Assembly (NCBI GenBank): GCA_964016885.1
Contig: OZ024747.1
Location: 79,298,001-79,362,000, forward strand
Origin: Eledone cirrhosa
Taxonomy: Eukaryota
DNA length: 64,000 nucleotides
Direction of reading: 5' to 3'
In this document: positions 47,831 to 61,616 of the stretch, piece after piece
Layout: each line of letters opens with the position of its first letter
How positions within the stretch are numbered: position 1 is the first letter of the stretch
Notes under the pieces: model-generated
Told to the model about the DNA's origin: nothing
Database searches by the model: none
Seen by the model: the letters and a program-made list of their open reading frames with translations, nothing else
Program-made: the position numbers and the translations under genes

Positions 47831-50783
47831 ATAGTAATTAAGAACTAATAATATTTAGTCCAATAATCTATTTTCTCTGTTATTTAAGGTAATATGTTAG
47901 TCTATGTTGCAGGTAAAGCGTTAATATATTATAAAAGGTTTTCATATGATCTTCTATTGTTTAGGTAAATTTTCTGGAATATAAAATATTTGTTGTTATT
48001 TAACATCGGGTCAGCTCTGGCATTAGTATTATAGACATTCCATCTTCCTTTCAGGTATTGAACTAGGTGTCCCTCTTTTTAAAAGATGATTCGAGGAAGA
48101 TGCTGGTTGTTATTTCTAGCTGTTTGGGTGACCACATGAGATTCCTTCTCTAGCCCGTATAAATGTTGATATTTTCGTTATGAGATATTTCAACATAGCA
48201 TATTGTAGTATTAGTAATATTTTGTTGCTAATATCAGTGGAATTAGTAGACACGATAGAGCGCTGGGAGAAATTTCTTGTGATATTTTCCCAGACTCTTT
48301 AAGTTCTAGGCTCAAATAATATCGAGATAAACATGGGCTTTCATCTTTTCGTGATATAAGTATCGGTCAAATGGAGGAATCGATACAATCGATTATTGAC
48401 TGCCACTTAAATATCTGGCCTTGAGTCAATGCAAGAAATCAATATTAATTCCTAGTTGGATATCTTTCGCTCTCCAATATTATAGATTCTTTGGTGAGCT
48501 GCATTTCTTCATTGTCAAAAAATACATTGATATCATTGATACCAAATCACATAGAATCGCTCATGGTTCTTTAATATCAAAGTATTTATATTTACCTTAA
48601 AATTCTTCATCTAATTTTAAGTCAGAATCATAGCGTTGTGTTCTTAAGACTAGCTTAATAACGAGAAAATTGCTTATATTACAAAATCCTGCCTATTTAA
48701 TTATTTTCAAAATTAGTTGAAAATCATCGGCAATTAGAAATATGGTAAGAACAGAATGAAGTTATGTTCCGAACACCAGATTAATAATGAGAAATTCAGT
48801 TGTATTACGAAATCTCTCCAAATTTTTAATTATTTGAAAATGATAAATAGTATCTTTCAATGGAAATATGGTAGCGAAATAGTTAAAGTATTTTATCTAG
48901 AAACCTTACACCCTAATGTAATATGATAACCTTTATATTATTCTCCAAAGACCAGCATAATAAGGAGAAAGTTAGTTACATTACTAAACTCCGCCAAATT
49001 TCTGATTATTTTCAAATTATATTTCATTAACAATATAGTAACGGAGGGTTAACTGTGAAAATATTCTGACATTGTTTTATGGTGGATCATTGTTCTGGTG
49101 GATCAGTTCAAAACGTCTTGCACACAAGACATTCTTGAAAAGTACAAAACAGCACATTAAACATTATAATCGCTTTAATTTGCTGCAGATTTTAACAATA
49201 ACATGTCCACTAGTAATGATAATTTGAACATTTGAATTAACAAACCTGTTTTTAGATATTTTCAGCTAAATTATTACAGGTTGTTAAGAGTTAATTGGTG
49301 GCAGCTCCGACATTAGTTTGTAGTTAAACATCGTTCCTTATCTCTCGAAAAACTAATTACTTACATAAGTACAAGACAACAAATTGAGTAGGGTATAGTC
49401 GATTATATTGACTTCAGTACATTACTGGTACTTTATTTTATTGACACTAGAAAGATAAAAGACAATATTGACTTCAGTGCGGGATTTTAACTCAGAACGT
49501 AAAGTTGCGGTAATTAAATACGGCAAAGTATTTTGTCCAATCTCCTAAACATTATTGTCACAGATTTTTTTTGTCGTGTAGCCTCATATCGAGTAAACCA
49601 ATAATTAAAAGCTTTCCAGCCATGACCATTGCATCTGTTCCTTAGGCCCATTGTACTCGTTTAACGGATTTCTTGTTAGCAAAGTCTTCCTCGTTTGTGC
49701 GGATATAATGTTCTGCTGAAAGTGGTCAGTGAACTGAAGAAATATTGATATTTCTTTATAAAAATATTGAGGTTTAATTTCCGAAACACTAATCTGTTTT
49801 GTTTTGTTTTTTGGTGTTGGTTGGGGAATACTATCCTATACATTACAATATTTGTAGTGAAAGACAAATAATTTTGAAAATAGTCAAGGATCTGATAGGG
49901 TAGATTAAAATAGCCAATTTTCTCATTATTGAGCTGGTGTTTGGAACATAACTACCAAAGGCTTTTACATACATTTAGATAAATATAAACACCTTAACCG
50001 TTTCATTTATATATTTCCACTGAAAGAAACAATTTGGTGAGATTTATTAAAAAACTCTTTATTAAACTGGTGTTTGAACATAACGTAACAAAGGTTATTA
50101 CATAAAATCATGATGACTGGTTTTTATTTAGATATAAACAAAATTTCGTGTCGTAAAACCAGGATAGTTTCTGGCGCTTTGGTATCAAAATATATTAATT
50201 GTTAAGATATTCAATGTATAATGATGTTAAGTGATATAAACATTCATTTTACATTACAATTCTATCCCGTCAAGAAATAAGGTTTTCTTTGGTATACAAC
50301 CAGTAGCGTTCTCTGTATGGCTGCAAGATACACAAAGCAATCTCAAGACATAAATAAATGTAAATGACAAATTCGAAGAAGAAATTCGTTATACACAAAC
50401 ATAAATATTATTGTGGCGTTCATTGTTAGATAGTGAGCATTGCTGAATTGAAACCGAGTCCTGGTGAACCGGACACAGGCTCTGTTGGGGTTGAACGAGG
50501 GATATACAACAACAACAATTCTTATAATGTTTTAAATGTTTGTGGAAGTTGCTGTACACAATTACATACAACTCATTTCCAAGTGTGGTGTTAATCGATT
50601 CCTTTCATTTCACTATATTTTCTTGAAATCGTTAATATCGCCAAGAAAGGCATGATTGTTACAACTTCCCATACTGAACTAGAGTGTCAGATTAAACAAA
50701 TATTTTGTAGTGTTTAGTTACTGCCTTCGGCTCTCACGCTCTGAGTTTAAATTCCACTGAGACTAACTTCGACTTCTCTAGAG

Positions 50784-51229
50784 CAGCGTTTTTCAACCTT
50801 TTTTCCTTTGTGGAACCATTGAAATAATTTTCATATCCCAGGGAACTCCTGCATTAAAATTATCATATACTATTATTAATATCTATCTATTTTAAAGGTT
50901 GAAGTTTTTATTATAATAACCAAGGATTTTCCACAACCGTTTTACCCTTGTGGAACCCTTGATATAGTTTTCATGCCCCTGGGAACTCCTGCATAAAAAT
51001 TATCATATACTTTTATTAATATATATCTCTTTTAGAGGTTGAACATTTTATTATAATAACCAAAGATTTTCCAACAATATTCCGTACGTGTATAGTAAAA
51101 TTACGAATATAAAATTAAACAAAAATTACTCAAAAATACATTAGTATATTTATCACTATTTCTCGCGGAACCCCTAGAGATCTCTTGCGGAACTCTAGGG
51201 TTTCGGGGGACACCAGTTGAGAAATGCTG
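50784..51229. mobile_element. hAT (Charlie-like) MITE
   Basis: TIRs CAGCGTTTTTCAAC and GTTGAGAAATGCTG. The 8-bp flanks ctctagag and ctttagaa (6/8 identical) resemble the NTCTAGAN Charlie target. It has an internal direct repeat of about 140 bp and interrupts a decayed SINE. Confidence 0.75.
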
Positions 51230-52685
51230 CTTTAGAATAATAAAAGCAAATATTAATAATATAATAGGGAAGATTCAACTTTTTATGGCCTAAGGTGGGG
51301 ATAGAATTATAACACGTTTTAAATTTTAATTTCAAAACCTAACACATTTAGTTTGCTCTTTCATTACTACATTTCTAATGAAAGATACTGCCTGTGATTT
51401 TCGAATAATTTTTGTCAATAATCAAGAATTTCAAAAGGTTTAGTAATATCATTTTTTTCATTTTAACTTAACAAAAGTTCTTATATAACATGATGGAGAG
51501 TTTTTAGATATATATAAACACTTTAAAATAAACAGTTGAGTGCCGTAGAACGAGGGGCGGTTTATGGCGGTTTGGTATCAAACGGGTTAAATTATAATTT
51601 GTTGGGGGTAAAAATGCAGTTATTCCTTGTAAACTATTGTTCATTAATTTTTTATTAATTAACACATGAACAGTTTTGATTGTTTAAGAATGATAGTTTT
51701 AAATTAATTAATCCGGAAACAAATTTCTAATTGTTTTAGAACATAAACGATTATATTAAATTAATTAATAGAAAAACATTGTATGTTATTTATACTGAAA
51801 ATAAAATTTGAGGATATGTAGAGATATTATAAAAAGTATTCACTGATATTCAAGGAGTCTTCCTTAATTGTGTTTTTCTCAAATACAATAAGGATATTAT
51901 GAGATGACTATAGATATGATGTTTTTGATTGAGAATATAAACATCGTTTATCTTTCCGTTTACGATTCTTTTTCATTTTTTTTTCCTTACGTTATCTTTT
52001 TTTAATTTTGTTTCATTTTTCACTTCAAAACTTAGGAACAAGAGAAAAGTTGGTAATTTAATTATATCAAATATAATTAAATTGCCAAACCTCTTTTTTG
52101 TGCCTTTATTCTGTTTTGCTAGATTGTATTGGCAAAATGTAAAGTCGGATATTTTCCGTTTGACGAAAACTGTCCGATTTTTTTCTTGTAAATTTTTACA
52201 CAAAACTTTATCTGTTTAGAAATTTATATAAAAAAAGAAATACAAATAAAAATGGGCTGTTCGTTAAAGGGAAAGATCCGTAAAGTCTACTGAAAACTTA
52301 CATTTTCTTCTCTTTTTATTAAATGTAAGTTGTGAAATTGTTTCAATTTGTTTACAAAAATCAATGCCATGCAACATGTTTATGCAAGAAAATATTATTT
52401 CATAATTAATGTATGATATAGATCCTTTCCGTTTGAAGAACTGTGTCTGAAATTACTTCTTTGTGGAAATTTACAAAAGAATCGGACACATTAGGGTTGC
52501 ATTAGGCTGACCAGGGGACTTGTAAGGGCTAGAAGTTCATGATTTTTTCTGTTGTAGTGCAGTAAATGATTGAAATATCAAAAGGGGTCCGACATGCCCG
52601 AAAGCCATGGATTAATACGGTAAAGGACACAGTTGATCAAACGGAAAAAATCCAATAATGTTATTTAGCGGGGATGGGGGCTTAC

Positions 52686-52864
52686 CTTCCGTTTTTGGTA
52701 ACAATCATTTCGTTGGTAAACTCCTTAAATTTTATCCACAGATCCTTATCTTCCAAGGTAACGGTCAGCTGGCGTTCAGTAGGGTCCCCCTTTTCACTAC
52801 CCACCGTCATTTCCGTGTCAACCGCACTTAAAAGGTGGTTAACGTTTAGGGTTTCTGTTTTCAT
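52686..52864 (-). CDS. Bra: Brachyury (T-box transcription factor T), first coding exon
   Basis: Translates [60 protein letters not shown]. It has the Brachyury-specific HLLSAV and [10 protein letters not shown] motifs and the T-box start (LW..F...[11 protein letters not shown]). It ends in AG|gtaag (donor at 52685-52684, phase 2), as I recall for vertebrate T. The ATG context is aacaaaATG. Confidence 0.95.
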
Positions 52865-53267
52865 TTTGTTCCGAGGGAGAGACGATCCTGAGCCCACCGG
52901 ATATAGAATTGAATTCAATGCGTTATTAATCCTGATAATGTCGCTGATGTTACTGTTGTTGTTGTTATTGTTATTGGTGGTGTTGTTGGTGTTGGTGGTG
53001 TTGGTGGTAGCAGTGGTGGTGGCTGTTTTGTTATTGTCGTTGGCGGTGTGTTGTATGTGGAGATGGTGGGGAGGGTTTGGGGGGTAGCTATCAAGACATT
53101 GAAGATGCTGGTGGGGTCGATGTTGGAAATGAGATTGATTTTGTTGTTGTTGTTGTTGTTGTTGTTGCTGTTGTTGATGATGATGATTGTGATGATGATG
53201 ATGATAGAAGTTTGGTGTTTGTTGTTGTTGATAATAATAATGTTGATGAAGGTGAGGTGTTTGTTGC

Positions 53268-53298
<31 letters not shown>

Positions 53299-53448
53299 GG
53301 CAATGATACTCGTGGTAGTGATGTTGGTAATGGTTGTGTTGACGTTGGTCGTGTCGGTGGTGGTGGTGGTGGTGGTGGTGGTATGGATGAAAGGAACTAT
53401 TGATGAGCGTGGCGGGAGTGTCGGTGACGGTAGTAATATTAGCAGTAT

Positions 53449-53482
<34 letters not shown>

Positions 53483-53945
53483 TGTAGTAGTAGTTGTAGT
53501 AGTAGTTGTAGTAATATTAGTGGTGACTCCGCCACCGAAGCTGCCGCTACTGTTACTGATGATGTTGTTGGTGTTGTTGCTGTGGTTGGTAGCAGTAGTT
53601 ATGATGATGATGGCTGTAGGGGCCGCCGTCGTGACTGTCGGGGTTTCGATAATACAGTCAGGTGTTGATGGGAACAGGCAGGAGCAGAAATACTGGTGGA
53701 GGTGGTGGTGGTGGTGGAGGTGGTGAAGGCGGTGGCGGTGGCGGTGGTGGCGGTGAAGGTGGGGGTGGCGGTGGAGGTGGTAGAGGTGGTGGTGGTGGTG
53801 GCGGTGCTGTCAGGGTCAATAGCCAGTGTCCAAAGTGCCGCCGAGACCCGAACCACCGATGGCACCAACGTAGACGTCGTCATTGGGTGAATAAAGTGAG
53901 TAGATAAATAGACAGACAAACAGACAGAGAGACAGACAGACAGAC

Positions 53946-53984
<39 letters not shown>

Positions 53985-54073
53985 TAGATAGAGACAGGCG
54001 GACAGACAGACGGGCAGATAGACAGATAGACAGACAGATTGATTGAGATAGACAGACAGATTGATTGAGATAA

Positions 54074-54129
<56 letters not shown>

Positions 54130-54271
54130 GCAGATATAACTAGAAAGTGAGATATAGAGAGAAAGGACAAATATAGACAGAGACGGAAAATAACAAACTG
54201 GCAACGAATAGTGAGACCAACAGGAAATAGTAGTAGTAGTAGTAGTAGTGGTGGTAGTAGTAGTAGTAGTA

Positions 54272-54318
<47 letters not shown>

Positions 54319-54406
54319 GGTGGTGGTGGTGGTGGTGGTAGAGAAGGATGAGGGGGAGTAGGACGAGAAGAAGAAGAAGAAGAAGAAGAAGAAGAAGAAG
54401 AAGAAG

Positions 54407-54437
<31 letters not shown>

Positions 54438-54656
54438 TATTACCAAAATGGCCGATAACCTGGGCAACACTAACGGCAACAGGCAATGGAATCTGAAGGA
54501 GACAAACAAGATATGTGGAGGGGAGTGTTGGGAGTTCAAATCCCGGATGGTTCGTTGAACCCGTGTAAGTTGTCGAAACGAAGGAAGGAGCCGTGATATT
54601 AGAAAGGTAGTAGTAGAAGGAGTGAGTATATGTGAGAGAGAGAGAGAGAGAGGGTG

Positions 54657-54704
<48 letters not shown>

Positions 54705-54914
54705 GTGGAGAAAGAGGGAGGAGAAGAGAGAGTCATGAATTAAAAGTGACGGAGAGAAAATATTGTTTCAGCCAATAGTTGACAGTGTTTAATGGAGTAG
54801 AGGGGGGGGGGGGGGGGCAGAAAGCCTTAGAGTAAACTGAGAGAGAGGGGGTGGGAGAGGAGAAAGAGAGAGAGACAGGCAGAGAGAGAGAGACGGTGGC
54901 AATGTGAGTGAGTG

Positions 54915-54970
54915 CGTGTAATGTGTGTGTCTGTGTGTGTTTGATCCTCCTTAAATACATCACGTGACCA
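54915..54970 (-). promoter_or_regulatory. Possible Brachyury core promoter (E-box GTCACGTGAT plus TATA-like TATTTAA)
   Basis: CACGTG at 54961-54966 and minus-strand TATTTAA at 54951-54957 lie at the edge of the unique region about 2.1 kb upstream of the ATG. Motif match only. Confidence 0.25.
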
Positions 54971-55020
54971 TCTGATTTGGTATTAATTTCGAAGTTGGTA
55001 TTGTTTCTTTTACAATGTTT

Positions 55021-55092
<72 letters not shown>

Positions 55093-55178
55093 ACCCCACT
55101 CTCAAGAGCGTGAAACTAATAAACCTTTGTTCGTACTGCCTCTCTGTTTTGTTCCCGTTCAATTTTTGACTATATATA

Positions 55179-55279
<101 letters not shown>

Positions 55280-55433
55280 CAATTTGTTTATTTACTTGTT
55301 ATATATATATATATATATATATATAGGAACGACGGCTGGGGTCCTACTCGTTCCTATTACCCACTCTACTACCCTAAGTATTGAGTACTTTGGTGCGTTA
55401 TGGTCCACCTGGTTCCTTACCACATTTCCTCCG

Positions 55434-55467
<34 letters not shown>

Positions 55468-55519
55468 CTACTATGCATTTGGTGACTGTCCATTCCCATT
55501 CTATATCCAAGGGTTGTAA

Positions 55520-57235
55520 TGTAATACATACATACATATATATATATACATACACACATACATACATATATACATACACCCATCCATATATATATACATA
55601 CATAGATCCATACATACATCCATCCATACATACATCCATACATCCATATATACATATATACATACATACACACATACATACACACATACATAGATACATA
55701 CATACATACATATATACATAGATCCATACATACATACATACATACATACATACATACATACATACATACATACATCATACATACATCATACATACATACA
55801 TACATACATACATACATACATACACAGGCACATACATACATACACACACACATACATACATCATACATAGATACATACATACATACATATATACATAGAT
55901 CCATACATACACACACACATACATATATCATACATACATACATACATGCATGCATCCATCCATCCATCCATACATACATACATACATACATACATACACA
56001 CACACATACATACATACATACATATATACATAGATCCATACATACTTACATACACACACACATACATACATACATACATACATACATCATACATCATACA
56101 TACATACATACATACATACATCATACATCATACATACATACATACATACATACATAGATCCATACATACATACATACACACACACATCATACATACATAC
56201 ATACATACATACATACATACATACACACATACATACATACATCCATACATACATACATCCATCCATCCATACATCCATACATACATACATACATACATAC
56301 ATCCATCCATACATCCATACATACATACATACATACATACATCATACATACATACATACATACATACATACATACATACATACATACACACATACATACA
56401 TACATCCATACATACATACATCCATCCATCCATACATCCATACATACATACATACATACATACATCCATCCATACATCCATACATACATACATACATACA
56501 TACATCATACATACATACATACATACATACATACATACATACATACACACATACATACATACATCCATACATACATACATCCATCCATCCATACATCCAT
56601 ACATACATACATACATACATACATACATCCATCCATACATCCATACATACATACATACATACATACATCCATCCATCCATACATACATACATACATACAT
56701 ACATACATACACACATACATACATACATCCATACATACATACATCCATCCATCCATACATCCATACATACATACATACATACATACATCCATCCATACAT
56801 CCATACATACATACATACATACATACATCCATCCATCCATACATCCATACATACATACATACATCATACATCATACATACATACATACATACATACATAC
56901 ATACATACATACATACATCCATACATACATACATCCATACATACATACATACATACATACATACATCATACATACATACATACATACATACATACATACA
57001 TACATACATACATACATCCATCCATCCATACATCCATACATACATACATACATACATACATACATCCATCCATACATACATACATCCATACATACATACA
57101 TACATACATACATACATACATCCATACATACATACATACATACATACATACATACATACATCCATACATACATACATACATACATACATACATACATACA
57201 TACATACATACTTAAATACATACGTACATACATAA
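55520..57235. repeat. (CATA)n/(CATC)n tetranucleotide array with higher-order duplications
   Basis: Seen directly. Confidence 0.95.
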
Positions 57236-57424
57236 ATACACCCAAACATACATACATCATACAAGGCTAAGTAAGACAGCACAGTGGAAGGAGTAGGATA
57301 AAGTAGGAGGAAACCGAGGCGTTTCAAACCCGTTCATTATTGGTCCGTTTCATTCACCGTAAATAATGATGGAGGTGGTATTACTAGAAAATATATAGTA
57401 TGGCTGGTGGTTGTGCTTAGAATG

Positions 57425-57453
<29 letters not shown>

Positions 57454-57455
<2 letters not shown>

Positions 57456-57811
57456 TATTGTTATACTTTGGGAGGGTCATGTTGCCAATAAGAAACACAC
57501 GCACCAGTTGCTTTCACTTCAATTTAATTTATTAAATATTTATAAATTTACAAATTTATAAATTTCTGGTTGGTTGGTTGGTTCCACAACCAGATAGTTG
57601 TTTATATAAACAACTATCTGGTTGTGGAACCAACCAACCAACCAGAAATTTATAAATTTGTAAATTTATAAATATTTAATAAATTAAATTGAAGTGAAAG
57701 CAACTGGTGCGTGTGTTTCTTATTGGCAACATGACCCTCCCAAAGTATAACAATATCGGTTTCAACACACGATTTCAGATAAAGAATCTTGCTAAACAAA
57801 TTCAGAAACGA
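57454..57811 (+). mobile_element. About 300-bp perfect palindrome plus tail (family E)
   Basis: Centre at about 57605 (gtttatataaac). The arms are homologous to 33897-34060, and the tail 57755-57811 is the reverse complement of 33790-33850. Confidence 0.8.
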
Positions 57812-57886
57812 TATATATATATATATATATATATCTTTTACTCTTTTACCTGTTCCAGCCATCCGGCTGAGGCCATGCTGGGGCAC

Positions 57887-57935
<49 letters not shown>

Positions 57936-58299
57936 TTCTAAGGTAAAAGAGTAAAAGAGTAAAAGAGATATGTATATATATAACGAAGAAATGACTTCTA
58001 CAAGACTAGAACTGTTTCATTCGGGAATCTACATACACCCACACATGTATGTATATTTCCTTCGAATGAAAAAGTTCTAGTCTTGTAGAAGCCATTTCTA
58101 TATCAAATATTTATACTCTGCTATTTATTGAGTACCTTACTTACTGAGGTTATCCCCGATTGAACACCGCCGGTGTTTGCATAACTACGGCTTCCTGAAA
58201 CAGTATTTCTTTAGAAATACGAAATTTCTATACATATTGTATAAAACTATGCTTGAAGCGAAATCTTATTTCTTTTCACTTATATATATATATATATAT

Positions 58300-58466
58300 A
58301 TATTTGCCGTCGTCAAAGACGCTACTTTTTTCCTAAAATAAGTCTCAAAAATCTACCATACGTCCTGGAGGCCGAAGGTTGTTTATTATTTTTTTTTCAA
58401 ATTTTTGGTTGCCATAATTAGGGTGCGCCCTCGTGGACGAAGCATCTTTGGAGCCGGGAAATACGA
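58300..58466. mobile_element. Decayed Tc1/pogo-type MITE
   Basis: Imperfect TIRs tatttgccgtcgtcaaagacgc and gcatctttggagccgggaaata. Confidence 0.4.
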
Positions 58467-58714
58467 TGTGTGTATATATATATATATATATATACACACA
58501 AATGGAAGTTCAGTAAAATTGAAGTTTTGGCTGTGGCCAAGCTAACGATATACAATCAGGAATGTGCAGCAAAGCACTCGATAAGGCTGTGTCACCTTAC
58601 AATAATAACACACGTTAGATAGCTTGACAAATTGAAGACTGCGACCGGTGACCCAGCCACCTGAACCAAAGCAACGAGAAAACCAACTCAGGTAACTGAT
58701 ATATATATATATAA

Positions 58715-58834
58715 CTGTTTCTACTTTAGGCACAAGGCCAGCAATTACCCAGTGCATTACTGGTACTTTATTTTATCGACCCCGTAAGGATGAAAGGCAA
58801 AGTCAACCTCGGCGGGATTTGAACTCAGATCGTA
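58715..58834 (-). mobile_element. tRNA-derived SINE, 3' part
   Basis: Near-identical to 40153-40272. Confidence 0.75.
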
Positions 58835-59051
58835 ATATATATATATATAGCAAAGGAATTGTGGTAAGGAACCAGATGGACCATAACGCACCAGAGTACT
58901 CAACACTTAGGATAGTAGAGTGGGAAATAGGAAAAACTATGACCCCGACGGCAGAGCTCAAGCCGTTTCGACGGCTATTTCTGGACTAAACCTTTAGTCC
59001 AGAAATAGCCGTCGAAACGGCTTGAGGTCTGCCGTCGGGGTCATACTTTTT

Positions 59052-59100
<49 letters not shown>

Positions 59101-59704
59101 ATATATATAAATAGTGTGTGTGTGTGTGTGTGCATCCGGTATTTCGTTGTTATTTCCTGTTCTTGGATTGCAAAAGCATATGCTTCAAAGTGGGAGCCAA
59201 TACAGCGTTTGTTGGTCCAAGATAAACCACTTTCCTTATCTATATATTACTCTCACTTTGAAGCTTTCTGGCAACATATCCTTGCATGATTTTTGCTGTG
59301 AAATTTCCCTCTGTATGAGTTTTTAGCTATGCAGGGAATATTTCTCAAGGAGCTTCTTCAGAATCTCTCATAATGTAATCTACCACACGTAGACAGACTT
59401 GTTCTATAAATGGGCTTCTACACTTGCTGGTTCGTGGATGTAGGAGGGATATGATGCAACAGTCAAATACTGTTTGGGTTCATGTTACTGTTTGGATCTA
59501 TGTTACCATTGCTATTTCCGGTGCCAGGTAGAAATTTTCAATGGCTCGGATCTCATCCAGTGTCCAATCAAGTAGTCCAAATGTTAGTGTTGACAGATGT
59601 ACGCCAAACACATTGTGCGCCACTGATTTATTGTGTGTAGAGATTTCAGAAGATCATACTTTTCTTTTTCTGGAATTATATTCACCAGTTACTCGTATAA
59701 AATA

Positions 59705-59859
59705 CAGGTAAAATTCCGTTATAACGAATATTTCAGTATAACGACATTTTTTCAATCCTACACGCTCAATGTGTTAGGTCGATCTCGTTATAAAGAATTT
59801 TTCGTTACGACGAATTTTTTTTTATACTCTGTGAATTTCGTTACAACGGAATTTTACTG
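59705..59859. mobile_element. Tc1/pogo (Tigger-like) MITE
   Basis: TIRs CAG(G)TAAAATTCCGTTATAACGAA and TTCGTTACAACGGAATTTTACTG, TA on both sides, and internal cgtta(t/c)aacga repeats. Confidence 0.75.
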
Positions 59860-60079
59860 TATTCCATTATAGAATATATTTTCATCTAGCCCTAGGTATC
59901 TGTAGCAGCCCTTGTTAGATACCCGTAAAACAGTCAGGCCATTGATAGACATATAATTGGTTTGTAGTTTTTCCTCGCTTTACGATCATATAGGAACATT
60001 TATCCTGGCCAAACTCCATTCCTATATCTTTCGAGTATGTATGTGTATATATATATATATATATATATACATATATATA

Positions 60080-60145
<66 letters not shown>

Positions 60146-60300
60146 GTATGTGTGTGTGTACGCGTGAATCTATCTCATTGCATAACATATAGATACACCT
60201 TCAGAAAGTTCGACAAATATTGACAGTCAAATAGAGACTTTACATACATAATTCATACATTCATGCATACACACATACACACGCATACATATATACATAA

Positions 60301-60346
<46 letters not shown>

Positions 60347-60837
60347 ATAAATATATATATATATATTTACACACACACACACACACAGAAGGAAGAAAGG
60401 ATGTTTAATAGTTTGAACTCTCATGATGAAACGTGAACAACACAATACGAAACTGAGAAAAAAGTGAAGCCAATGTGGACAGCAGCAACTATAACCAGTA
60501 TAAAAAATGGCGAATAAAAGGAAATATCAAGATAAGCAGCAGACGATCAAACGAAAAAACAAAATGGTGGACAAAAAAATTGGAAAGAACGCTGAACAAT
60601 GACGAAATATATATAATGCACTGCATACTCCTTCCTTTTCGACCCCATTTCTTATATATCACACATATGTATAATTTTAATGAGAGAAAGAGAATAAAAG
60701 AGGAAACGATGAGGGGTAAATGAAAATAGGATATAAAGAAGAAGAAGAAGAAGAAGGGGAGGGGGAGCAGGAGGAGGAGGAGGAGGAGGAGGAGGATGGT
60801 AGAGAAAGAGGAGGAGGATAGAGGAGGAGGAGAATGA

Positions 60838-60960
<123 letters not shown>

Positions 60961-61312
60961 GAAGAAGAAGAAGAAGAAGAAGAAGAAAAAGAAGAGGGTA
61001 TTAATGGTGGAAATAGACAAACGAAGAGAAATTAATTAATGGTTGTCGTATTTTTGTGAAATTGTTTCGTTTGTGTGACGACATGTAACGAGTCAGTGTG
61101 AGATGTGGGCGAGAGTTAGAGAGATAGAGATAGAGAGAGAGAGGAAAGATAGAGACAGAGAGATAGGTGTAGGAGAGAAAGGGGTGACGTGCAGAGACAG
61201 AATGTGTGTGTGTGTGTGTGAATGTGTGTGTGTGAATGAAAGACAAAAGCTCATGTATGTGATAACGAGGGAGAGAGGGGGGGGTGTAATGACAGAGAAA
61301 GAAAGAGAGAGA

Positions 61313-61352
<40 letters not shown>

Positions 61353-61616
61353 CACAGAGAAAAAGAGTATGCATAAAGGTTGGTTACGAAATTCTCCTTA
61401 ACAAATGGGTGATAAGTTATAGATTTGAGACAGACAGACGTATCAGAGGGGTGGGGGTGAGAGAGAGGGGGGAGGGTAACAATGGTGAGAGAGGGGGAGA
61501 GAGAGTAACAGTGGTGAGAGAGTAACAGTAGTGTAGAAGAACAAGTGTGTGAAGACAACAAACTGATAAGCACCACCAACAAACGGCTTCAAAACTAATC
61601 CATTCAGAATGCTAAT

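Noticed and set aside
48600-51590. piggyBac-like MITE family (ends ...gggttaa; also about 25720-26250 and 37140-37680)
   Set aside because: A dispersed repeat is visible, but it is too decayed to fix TIRs, boundaries or class by eye.
52916-52918. TTG start given by the ORF track for Brachyury
   Set aside because: This is a prokaryote-style start call. The first in-frame ATG is at 52864, just before the conserved HLLSAV motif.
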